Origin: Vulcanimicrobiales bacterium
GTDB lineage: Bacteria; Vulcanimicrobiota; Vulcanimicrobiia; Vulcanimicrobiales; Vulcanimicrobiaceae
Direction of reading: 5' to 3'
DNA: 38,985 nucleotides
NCBI GenBank assembly: GCA_038231455.1
Contig: JBBRLI010000029.1
Span: 1-38,985, forward strand
The notes beneath the pieces were generated by a model, which saw nothing but the letters and a program-made list of their open reading frames with translations, searched no databases and was not told the DNA's origin. How positions within the stretch are numbered: the first letter of the stretch is position 1; every line of letters starts with the position of its first letter. Made by a program: the position numbers and the translations under genes. This document shows positions 30,847 to 38,985 of the stretch, piece after piece.

Positions 30847-31835
30847 TCGCGCTCGACACACGCGCCACATCGCATATGTCGGTGGGTATGCTATCGTATG
30901 CGCGCGCGATCGCCGAACGCGTTCCGATCCTCGCGCCAGACCTGTCGTTTGCGACCTTCGGCTCGGGTGATAATTTCGATCTCGACGAACAAGTGAAGAT
31001 GCCGCTCTGGATCGTGCGCAATCGGCCGCAACTCGTGCACTTTCTCTCGGTCTATACGCCCCGGGTGATCCTCGCGCCGTACATCGTGACGATTCACGAT
31101 TTGATCGATCTGCACTATCCCCAATTCGGAAAGAAGAAGGTCGGGCCATACTATCATAACGTCGTTGCGCCCGTTGCGCGCGCTGCTGCACGCATCATCG
31201 TGGATGACGAATCGACGATCGCGGATTGCGAGCGGTACCTGGGTATCGATCGCAGACGTGTGCGCGTCGTGCCGCTTGGCATCGACGATCCGCCGGAAGC
31301 GCCGCGTTTCACGCACCCGCGTCCGTATCTGCTCTATGTCGGCAACCGGCGCGAACACAAAGACTTGCGCACACTCTATGCGGCCTGGCGCGCGATGCAC
31401 ACGCCGCGGCCGATCGACTTGCTGCTCAGCGGTGAGGACGATCCGTACTTGCACGCGCGCGAACGTCGCGACGACGGCGGCGAACTCGTGTTCCTCGGCG
31501 AGCGCACGGATGCAGAGCTGCGAGCGGTCTATACGGGTGCGGTTGCCTACGTGCATCCGGCACTACGCGAGGGTTTTGGTTTGCCGCTGCTCGAGGCGAC
31601 GCGGAGCGGCGCGCCGGTGATCGCCGCCCACACGGCGATTCCGGGCGTGCTGCGGCCATACGTGATCGGTTTCGACGCGGGCGACGCCGATGCGCTACGG
31701 CGCGAACTCAATGGGACCTTTCAGCGGCCGGATGTTGCTCGCGAACGTGCCCGCATCGCGCTAGAAGCAACGCGCGACCTGACGTGGGATCGCTGCGCGC
31801 AGCGCACGATCGACGTGTACCGCGAGCTGTTGTGA
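30843..31835 (+). CDS. Family 4 (GT-B) glycosyltransferase
   Basis: VTIHDLI, LLYVGNRREHK, EGFGLPLLEA; ATGA overlap. Confidence 0.92.
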
Positions 31836-32836
31836 GGCCGGATGTGGCAGTCGACGTGCGGCGCACGCGGCGGATGTCCGTCGGCACGCGCGTCTATCTT
31901 GACGAACTGCTCCGCGGTTTGCCGCAGGTCGCACCCGAATTGCGGATCGCAAGCGTTGGATCCGGCGAGAATTTTGGGTTTGCCGAAAACGTTGCGTTGC
32001 CACTCGAACTTGCACGCCTTCGGCCGCGTCTCGTGCACTATCCGACACTCTTCGCTCCGGTCGTTCGCGCGCAACCCTACGTCGCCACGGTTCACGACCT
32101 GATCCACCTGCGACATCCTGAATTCTTCGGCCGCGCGACAGCCGTGTTTTATGCGACGCTCGGCGGATCGATCGCACGCGGGGCGCGACTCCTCTGCATG
32201 GGCGACGAACGCACCGTCGATGATTGCGAGCGTTACTTGCGCGTGCCGCGCGAACGTTGCCGCGTCGTACCGCTCGGCTTCGATCCGGCGCTGCTCGCCT
32301 CGACGGAGATGGAGCGCGTCGCGCGTCCCTATTTCTTTTACGCCGGCAATCACCGACCGCATAAGAATCTGGAGACGCTCTATCGTGCTTGGAACGCGCT
32401 TGCCGAGCCAATCGATCTCGTTCTCACCGGTCCCGATGAACCCGCGACGCGCGCGGCGCATGCGCGCTCCGGCGCCGAGATTCGCTATGTGGGTGATCTA
32501 TCGGCGGCGATGCTTTGGGCCCAGTACCGCGGGGCGCTTGCCTACATTCAGCCCTCGCTCGCCGAGGGTTTTGGTATTCCGATGCTCGAGGCGCTGGCGG
32601 TTGGGACGCCCGTGATCGCATCCGAGGAGGCCGTTCCGACCATCGTACGCCCATTCGCACAAACGTTTCCCGCACGCAACGCAAGCGCACTCACCGACGT
32701 TCTTCGGATACTGGCCCGCGATCCCGGAGCGGCTCGTGCGCGTGCCTCCGAGGGCGCGCTAGCCGTTCGCGCGTATACTTGGGACCGATTCGCGGCCGCA
32801 ACTGCTGCGGTCTACCACGAGGTTTTGGATGTTTAA
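31832..32836 (+). CDS. Family 4 (GT-B) glycosyltransferase, paralog of the upstream gene
   Basis: TVHDLI, YAGNHRPHKN, EGFGIPMLEA; GTGA overlap. Confidence 0.92.
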   Translation: MRPDVAVDVRRTRRMSVGTRVYLDELLRGLPQVAPELRIASVGSGENFGFAENVALPLELARLRPRLVHYPTLFAPVVRAQPYVATVHDLIHLRHPEFFGRATAVFYATLGGSIARGARLLCMGDERTVDDCERYLRVPRERCRVVPLGFDPALLASTEMERVARPYFFYAGNHRPHKNLETLYRAWNALAEPIDLVLTGPDEPATRAAHARSGAEIRYVGDLSAAMLWAQYRGALAYIQPSLAEGFGIPMLEALAVGTPVIASEEAVPTIVRPFAQTFPARNASALTDVLRILARDPGAARARASEGALAVRAYTWDRFAAATAAVYHEVLDV

Positions 32837-34421
32837 CTCTTCCCTGCGGATCGCTGCGCTGGCGCTGGTGCTCGGTGCAACGTTCTCGAGCGCGGCGATT
32901 GCCGCGCCGCCAAAGCCGCCGCGCGATGAAACGCCGACGCGCGCAATTGCGATTGTCGTCAACGGCGTCGAACTCGAACGCGATCCTGCCCCGCGCGTCG
33001 TTGGTTCGCGGTTGCTCGTGCCGGTCGTGCGGATTTACAGTTCGCTTGGCATCGCGGTCGACCGGAGCGGCGATCAGATCGTCGCCTCGGGCCCGGGTAA
33101 GCGCGTCGTGATAACCGAGGGCAGCGCGACGGCGACCGTCGACGGGAATGTCGTGCACATGCAAGCCCCGGTCGTCAGCATCGACGGCGCGACGTACGTG
33201 CCGCTTCGCTTTGTTGCCGATTCCCTAGGCGCAAACGTTTCGTACGACGCCAAAGGGCAGCGCGTCGAAATCGTCTCGGTGCTGGTCGGTCGAACGCGCA
33301 ACGTCTCGGTCGTCGGATCGAACGGACTCACGCAAGTTAGTGGCACGGTGAGCGCCGTCGATCTAAATTCGTCGCCGGAGGCGGTAACGGTCGTGCAGAG
33401 CGGACGGTCGCGGACCGTTTCGATTACGTCGAATGCAAAGATCGTCGTGCAAGATTTTAAAACGCGCACGACGGTTGACGGCACGCTCAACTCCGTCCAT
33501 CCGGGCGACGCGGTCTCGATTTCGCTCAACCGCGACGGTTCGGTCGATCAACTCATCGTGCGGTACACCTCGCACGCCGGAACGCTTGCGGCCGTCTCGG
33601 CCGGTGCCGTCGTCCTCGCCGATGGCACGGTGGTCACCGCCGATAAATCGTCGACGATCACGCTCAACGGTCAAGCCGCGACCCTTGCGAATTTGCAAGT
33701 CGGCGACAGTGTCGTTGTCCGGATCAATCCGGAGAGCGGCGAGCGACGCGAGATTATCGCCTCGCGCGTCGTTGCCGAAGTCTCGCCGACGCCTGCCGCA
33801 TCGCCCGGCACCGCGCCCGTGCAGCAGGTTGCGGCACCAAGCGTTTCGATAGCGCAATTCACGATTTCGGCGACACGTCCGCTGCGCGCGGGCGAATCCT
33901 TCGACGTCACACTCGTCGGGACGCCCGGTGGGCGCGCGACGTTCGACATCGGATCGTATTTGCCGAATCTGGGGATGCGCGAGACGCAGGCCGGCACGTA
34001 TACGGGCCGCTTTACCGTTCCAAACGGAGTGAATTTTCCGGCAACGCCGATCTACGGTCACCTCTCGCTCATGCGTGTGGATGCGCCGCGCGCGCAAGCA
34101 AAGCAACTCGTGAGTGCAGCCACCTCACCGCCGCAAATCACCGAGATCGCCCCGCCGGGCGGCCAGACGGTGAACAATCCCAAGCCGTCCGTCTTTGCGA
34201 CGTATAACTCGCCGGCCGAAGTCGGAATCGACACGGCGAGCGTGCGCCTTATCGTCAACGGCGCCGACGTTACGTCGAGTGCAACCGTGACGCCCACGTT
34301 CATCACGTACAGCCCCGCATCGTCACTGGCCGATGGAACGGTCTCGGTGACGGTCAAAGTCGGCGATTTCGCCGGCAACGTCGCGACGCGGTCGTGGACG
34401 TTTACGATCCGAACGCGCTAG
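32829..34421 (+). CDS. Secreted protein with copper-amine-oxidase N-terminal (stalk) domain, OB-like repeats and Ig-like C terminus
   Basis: Signal peptide; LLVPV...LG and TYVPLRFVADSLGANVSYD; repeated G.V.AV....GD.V beta units. Confidence 0.8.
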   Translation: MFNSSLRIAALALVLGATFSSAAIAAPPKPPRDETPTRAIAIVVNGVELERDPAPRVVGSRLLVPVVRIYSSLGIAVDRSGDQIVASGPGKRVVITEGSATATVDGNVVHMQAPVVSIDGATYVPLRFVADSLGANVSYDAKGQRVEIVSVLVGRTRNVSVVGSNGLTQVSGTVSAVDLNSSPEAVTVVQSGRSRTVSITSNAKIVVQDFKTRTTVDGTLNSVHPGDAVSISLNRDGSVDQLIVRYTSHAGTLAAVSAGAVVLADGTVVTADKSSTITLNGQAATLANLQVGDSVVVRINPESGERREIIASRVVAEVSPTPAASPGTAPVQQVAAPSVSIAQFTISATRPLRAGESFDVTLVGTPGGRATFDIGSYLPNLGMRETQAGTYTGRFTVPNGVNFPATPIYGHLSLMRVDAPRAQAKQLVSAATSPPQITEIAPPGGQTVNNPKPSVFATYNSPAEVGIDTASVRLIVNGADVTSSATVTPTFITYSPASSLADGTVSVTVKVGDFAGNVATRSWTFTIRTR

Positions 34422-34445
34422 CACCACTTCAAGGAGACGATCCGC

Positions 34446-36029
34446 TTGACCACGACCCTGCGCCGGTGCGTATGCACCCTCAGTTTGCTACTGACGCTCA
34501 CCGCCTGTGGTGGCAGCGGCGGGACGACATCGAAAGATACGCTCGTGATGGCGCGGGTAAAAGACTCGGAGAATCTCGATCCGTCGCATGCCGTCGAAGG
34601 CAACTCGCTTAACGTCGCTGCCGAAGTGATGCAGGGACTCGTGCAGTTCAAGCCCGGGTCATTTGACGTGCAAGGCGGACTTGCAAAATCGTGGACGGTT
34701 AGCCCCGATGGTAAATCGTACACGTTCGAATTGAAACCCGGCCTGAAATTCAGCGATGGTACGCCGGCAGACGCAGCCGCGGTGAAGTTCAATTTCGATC
34801 GCTGGCGTTTCAAAGAAAATCCGGCTCACGGAAATTTCGCGTACACGTACTACAGTGATGTATACGGCGGATTCCCCGGAATCATCAAAGACGTCGCGGT
34901 ACTCTCACCGACCTCGGTTCGGCTCACGCTCGCGCGATCGCTCGGGCCGTTCTTGCGAGATCTCGCGATGCCGTCGTTTACGATCGGATCGCCGACCGCG
35001 ATCAAAACCGATCCCAAAGCATTCGAGCAGAAACCCATCGGCAGCGGGCCCTACACGGTGGTCGAGTGGGTGAAAGACGACCACATGACCCTTGCTGCCA
35101 ATCCCAACTACCTGCCACAGCCGGCGTATAAGAACATCATCATCCGCGCGATCCCCGATCAAGCGACAAGCGTCCTTTCGCTTCAAAAGGGCGATATCGA
35201 CATGCTTACGGATCCGCGTCCCGATGATGCGCGATCTGCCGCGACCGATAAAACGATCAGCGTCGCGGAGCAGCCGGCGAACAATCTCTCGTATTTGGCC
35301 ATGAACGTGGAAAAGAAGCCGTTCGACAATTTGCTGGTGCGCCAGGCCGTCGCGTACGCACTCGATCTGCAGCCGATCGCCGAAAAACTCTATGGTTCCG
35401 GGACGGTCGTTGCAAATACGTGGTTGCCAAAAGGCATGATCGGCGACAATCCGTCGGTCAAAGCCTACGCGTACGATGTTGCGAAGGCAAAGGCGCTTCT
35501 GGCTCAGGCGGGATTCCCCAAAGGCTTTGCGACGAGTCTCTACTATCCGACGACGCCGCGTCCGTACATGCCCGAACCCCAGCGACTCGCAGAGACGCTT
35601 CAGTTCGATCTCAAAGCGATCGGCATCGATGCGACGTTGCAGCCGTACGAATTTGGCGTGTTCCTCGAAAAAGTACGGAACGGCGAGCACCAGATGTGCC
35701 TCATCGGCTGGACCGGTGACAACGGGGATCCGGACAACTTCATGTATACGCTCCTCGATCAAGACTCAGCGCACAAAGGCAGCGCGCAGAATTATTCATT
35801 CTGGCGCGACGCCGGATTCCACAAACTGATGCTCGCGGGACAGGCCGAACCCGATCAGGCAAAACGCGCCGTCATCTATTCGCAGGCCGTGAAACTCGTG
35901 CACGATCAAGTGCCCGCAGTGCCGATCATCCACCGCGCGGTACCGGTACTCATCAAATCGTCGATCGACGGCTTCGTGCCGAGCCCCGATACGCAGTACC
36001 ACTGGGAATTGATGAAGCCAAAATCATGA
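34446..36029 (+). CDS. ABC transporter substrate-binding lipoprotein, family 5 (DppA/OppA-like)
   Basis: AAGGAG SD, lipobox LTAC, LAKSWTVSPDGKSYTFELKPGLKFSDG, PIGSGPY, RPYMPEP, GWTGDNGDPDNF. Confidence 0.95.
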   Translation: MTTTLRRCVCTLSLLLTLTACGGSGGTTSKDTLVMARVKDSENLDPSHAVEGNSLNVAAEVMQGLVQFKPGSFDVQGGLAKSWTVSPDGKSYTFELKPGLKFSDGTPADAAAVKFNFDRWRFKENPAHGNFAYTYYSDVYGGFPGIIKDVAVLSPTSVRLTLARSLGPFLRDLAMPSFTIGSPTAIKTDPKAFEQKPIGSGPYTVVEWVKDDHMTLAANPNYLPQPAYKNIIIRAIPDQATSVLSLQKGDIDMLTDPRPDDARSAATDKTISVAEQPANNLSYLAMNVEKKPFDNLLVRQAVAYALDLQPIAEKLYGSGTVVANTWLPKGMIGDNPSVKAYAYDVAKAKALLAQAGFPKGFATSLYYPTTPRPYMPEPQRLAETLQFDLKAIGIDATLQPYEFGVFLEKVRNGEHQMCLIGWTGDNGDPDNFMYTLLDQDSAHKGSAQNYSFWRDAGFHKLMLAGQAEPDQAKRAVIYSQAVKLVHDQVPAVPIIHRAVPVLIKSSIDGFVPSPDTQYHWELMKPKS

Positions 36030-36364
36030 GCGACTGTCTGTTTTGTAAAATCGTCCGCAAAGAAATCCTGGCAAACGAAGTAGTGCGCGACGAGCACGTC
36101 GTCGCGTTCCACGACCTCAACCCGCAGGCACCGCACCACGTGCTCGTGATCCCAACCGAGCACGCCGAACACCTCACGGAGTTCGTGGGAAAAAGTGGCG
36201 CGCACGCAGCGCGCCTCTTACAGGCCGCAGCCGAAATCGGCGAGGGATTCGGTCCCGGCGGTTACCGTGTCGTTGCCAACACGGGCAAGGACGGCGGCCA
36301 GACCGTCCACCATTTGCATTTGCACGTCCTGGGCGGGCGGCAAATGACATGGCCCCCCGGATAA
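36026..36364 (+). CDS. Histidine triad (HIT) nucleotide-binding protein
   Basis: DCLFCKI, PQAPHHVLVIP, GQTVHHLHLHVLGGR, WPPG. Confidence 0.96.
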   Translation: MSDCLFCKIVRKEILANEVVRDEHVVAFHDLNPQAPHHVLVIPTEHAEHLTEFVGKSGAHAARLLQAAAEIGEGFGPGGYRVVANTGKDGGQTVHHLHLHVLGGRQMTWPPG

Positions 36365-36410
36365 GCACTGGCAAATTCATTTCGCATACGATCGAAACGG
36401 GGGTGAATCG

Positions 36411-37531
36411 ATGAAGTACTCTCGCGGAACATTTCTTCTAGGGTGCGCGCTCGTCGCGGGATCGACGGCGGTTTCTGCCCAAACGCTCGAACCATCGCGT
36501 ATAAGCCGCATCGACGAACTCGTGGCAAAGGCGATGTCCGAGCTTCCGATCCGCGGCGTGAGTATTGTCGCGACGCGCGCTGGCACGACGGTCTTCGACC
36601 GGGCTTATGGGTTTGCGGACGGCGAGACGAAGGTCGCGGCGACGTCATCCACGCGGTATCCCGTCGGCTCCATCACAAAGTCGTTCACCGCGGCCGCGAT
36701 CTTGGCGCTACGCGATTCAAAAAGAATCGATCTCGATGCGCCGATCGGGCGCTATGTACCCGAGGCGGGAAAAGGTTCGGCGGTCCCCATTCGCTTGTTG
36801 CTCGAGCAGCGATCCGGAATCCCGAATTTCTTCGGCGACTACGTTTGGGAACGGAACCTGCGCAATGCCACAGCAGCCGAGATGCTCGCGACCATGGCCT
36901 CGGCACCGCTTGATTTCGTTCCCGGCGCCCTCTTCGAATATCCGAACACAAACTATTTGCTCTTAGGTTTAGCAATCGAACGAATCACAAAACAACCGTA
37001 CTTCTCCGTTCTCAAGCGACTGGTGACGATCCCGCCCGGCTGCAAGAGACCGCGCTTGTCGGCGAACCGAATACACCACATGCCGTCGGATACCAGCGCT
37101 TTACGAATCCCGCCGGCGCGCCGATTGGCATCCCCGATGGTGCTCGAATGTATTGGGGCGCGGGCGCGCTCCTTTCGAGCGCGCGCGATCTTGCCGCTTG
37201 GGATGTCGCGCTTCTCGATGGGCGCGTGATTGCGGCGTCGAGCATGCGCGAGATGATGACCCCCGTCTCGCCGGTGTCGCCGTTGTCGCCAAGCATGATG
37301 TATGCAATGGGTTGGTTTGTCGACTCGATTGGCGAGGTTACGCGTGTTCGACATTCCGGACTTGTGCCCGGCTTCTCGTGCTCAAACGATCTCTTTCCTA
37401 GTAAAAAAATGACGCTCACGGTTTGCTGTAACCTAAGCCGGATCCCGATCGAATTGCTCGCGGAACGGATCGGAGCGGAACTGCTTGGAGTACCCAGCGG
37501 CGAGGGGACGATCTTCCCTCCGAACGCGTAA
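36411..37531 (+). pseudogene. Beta-lactamase-family serine hydrolase split by a frameshift near 37031-37040
   Basis: First frame has SITK (SxxK) and YPNTNY; a second frame continues LQETALVGEP...GAGALLSSARDL...YAMGW...HSGLVPGF to the stop at 37531. Confidence 0.8.
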
Positions 37532-37539
37532 CGAGTGGA

Positions 37540-37584
37540 CCATATGGGCAATAATTTGATTTTATCGCCCATATGGGATAGAAT
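37540..37584 (+). promoter_or_regulatory. Sigma70-type promoter (TTGATT-17-TAGAAT) overlapped by a 15-bp inverted-repeat operator
   Basis: -35 at 37556-37561, -10 at 37579-37584; arms CCATATGGGCAATAA (37540-37554) and TTATCGCCCATATGG (37562-37576) are 14/15 complementary. Confidence 0.75.
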
Positions 37585-37590
37585 GATTGT

Positions 37591-37959
37591 ATGCCCACCG
37601 TCGCCGCCGAGCGGCTTTCCGCTCCGGCCCTCCGCACGTTCGAAAACATTGCCGATGCCTGGAAATTGCGCGGTCCCGATCGGCGTGCCTTACTTGGGAA
37701 CGTCCCCTCATCCACGTACGACCGTTGGCGCCGAAACCCAAGTGGCGCGGTGCTCTCGCAAGATGCCTTGGAGCGCATCTCGCATATTGTCGGGATCTAT
37801 AAATCACTCCATATTCTGTTCACCAACGCCCCTTATGCGGACCGTTGGATTAACGACCCGAACGCGGCTTTTGCCGGAGCGACAGCTCGCGATCGCATGA
37901 CGGCGGGCTTTACGCAGCTTGTCGACGTCCGGCGGTATCTCGATAGCGTCCGCGGGTGA
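37591..37959 (+). CDS. Xre/MbcA/ParS family antitoxin
   Basis: N-terminal HTH-like LLGNVPSSTYDRW, ERISHIVGIYKSL, WINDPN..F.G, VRRYLD; coupled to a RES gene. Confidence 0.92.
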   Translation: MPTVAAERLSAPALRTFENIADAWKLRGPDRRALLGNVPSSTYDRWRRNPSGAVLSQDALERISHIVGIYKSLHILFTNAPYADRWINDPNAAFAGATARDRMTAGFTQLVDVRRYLDSVRG

Positions 37960-38639
37960 TCGCGGCTGACGTCGCGTGGTCGCCGGCATTTCGCTTGATC
38001 GCCGCGCGGCTGCCGCGACTAGATATCTTCGAGCGTGTCACGGCGCCCGCCGATTTGCCCGCCGTCTTGGAACTCGAGGCCCTCACTAATCCACGCCTCC
38101 GTCCGCTCGCTAGGCCGATCGGGGCATTGCCGCCGGAAGACCGCCTTTCCGGGCCGGGAGCCTCGCTTGTGATGGCCGCGTTTGCCTATCCAAGAGCCGC
38201 GCGCTTTTCGGATACGCGTTCTGGTGCCTATTACGCGGGCGAGAGCCTGGCGACGGCCCTTGCGGAGGTGTCGTTTCATCGCGCCCGCTTTGCCGGCCGC
38301 ACGTCAACGCCGCCGATGGATTTTGACGAACGAATTATCGAAGCGCGGATCGCGGGTCGTTTCTGCGATATCCGCGGTCGGCCGCCCCACGATCCACTCT
38401 ATGACCCGGACCCGGACCAGTACAGCATATCTCAAGCTTTTGCCGCAAAAGAGCGATCGAAGGGAGTGGGGGGCATCGTTTACCGGAGCGTCCGACGGGC
38501 GGATGGCGAGTGCATTGCGGTTTTCCAGCCGCGGCTGATCCGCGATGCCCACACGGCGGGCTACCTTGGCTTGCGTTGGGACGGAACGGCGATCGTCGAC
38601 GCGTATCGCAAAAACTCGCTTCTAGTCGACTACGCGTAG
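37956..38639 (+). CDS. RES domain toxin (NAD+ phosphorylase/ADP-ribosyltransferase family)
   Basis: Conserved R (FRL), RFSD..GAYYA, E (ALAEV), S (GIVYRSVR), CIAVF; GTGA overlap. Confidence 0.93.
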   Translation: MIAADVAWSPAFRLIAARLPRLDIFERVTAPADLPAVLELEALTNPRLRPLARPIGALPPEDRLSGPGASLVMAAFAYPRAARFSDTRSGAYYAGESLATALAEVSFHRARFAGRTSTPPMDFDERIIEARIAGRFCDIRGRPPHDPLYDPDPDQYSISQAFAAKERSKGVGGIVYRSVRRADGECIAVFQPRLIRDAHTAGYLGLRWDGTAIVDAYRKNSLLVDYA

Positions 38640-38771
38640 CAGCGGCGAGCGCACCAAGATCCTGGACGAGACAGAGGCGTCCCAACGCATCATGCGATCA
38701 AAGCCGAGTTATCGATAGAACGCGAGCGTCCGGTCGAGGGTGGCGGCTCTCTTGAACGTTGGAACGCTTTT

Positions 38772-38800
38772 TTGACTGCTGACGCTTCTTGTGGTAACGT
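38772..38800 (+). promoter_or_regulatory. Sigma70-type promoter for rpsU (TTGACT-17-TAACGT, extended TG)
   Basis: -35 at 38772-38777, TG at 38792-38793, -10 at 38795-38800. Confidence 0.7.
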
Positions 38801-38870
38801 TCTCGTTTGGGCCCCCGCGAAGCGAGGGTACCGTCGGCGTGAAAGCGCCTTGCGAAGGGAGGGTTGAATA

Positions 38871-38985
38871 GTGGAAGTACGCGTTGCACCAGGCGAGACC
38901 ATCGAGTCCGCACTGCGCCGTTTTAAGAAAGCCACGCAAAAGGCTGGCGTCCTCGCAGAGGCACGCAAGCACGAGCACTACGAAA
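38871..38985 (+). CDS. rpsU: 30S ribosomal protein S21, partial (runs off window)
   Basis: Hand translation [46 protein letters not shown] 8 nt upstream; not in the ORF track. Confidence 0.96.
   Translation, partial: MEVRVAPGETIESALRRFKKATQKAGVLAEARKHEHYE

Noticed and set aside
36374-36410. Hairpin possibly occluding the serine hydrolase SD
   Set aside because: Relies on several G-U pairs; too weak to call without folding data
38640-38985. Minus-strand ORFs 38690-38968, 38698-38913 and 38709-38978
   Set aside because: They overlap rpsU and its promoter on the plus strand and show no recognisable protein features

Overview
GC-rich bacterial chromosomal window, mostly housekeeping genes in tightly coupled operons. 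Gene content and the Pro/Thr-rich 'ACGGG' lipoproteins are reminiscent of Ca. Eremiobacterota/Vulcanimicrobiota, but this taxonomy is inference only. In order: a partial Tat lipoprotein; a PduO-type adenosyltransferase; proS-hypothetical-M16 peptidase-amj-lipoprotein-VOC; a minus-strand GT-C/GtrA glycosylation trio; glpX-flavin disulfide reductase-split NAD synthetase (glutaminase + nadE)-SirC-like-cinA-S8 protease; a seven-gene minus-strand run (secreted protein, metY, CoA-binding protein, LuxE-like, LuxC-like, class III aminotransferase, Gfo/Idh/MocA); rpmE-prfA-prmC; an AT-richer orphan; pyrG-GT2-GT4-GT4-stalk-domain protein-ABC peptide SBP-HIT; a frameshifted serine hydrolase; an Xre/RES toxin-antitoxin pair; and the start of rpsU. 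The best candidate for an undescribed system is the luciferase-free LuxE/LuxC pair translationally coupled to an omega-type aminotransferase and an oxidoreductase (possible acid-to-aldehyde-to-amine pathway). Other notable points are two genes that appear to need non-canonical start codons and a leaderless, operator-overlapped TA promoter. No rRNA, tRNA, CRISPR array, transposase or integrase was recognised.
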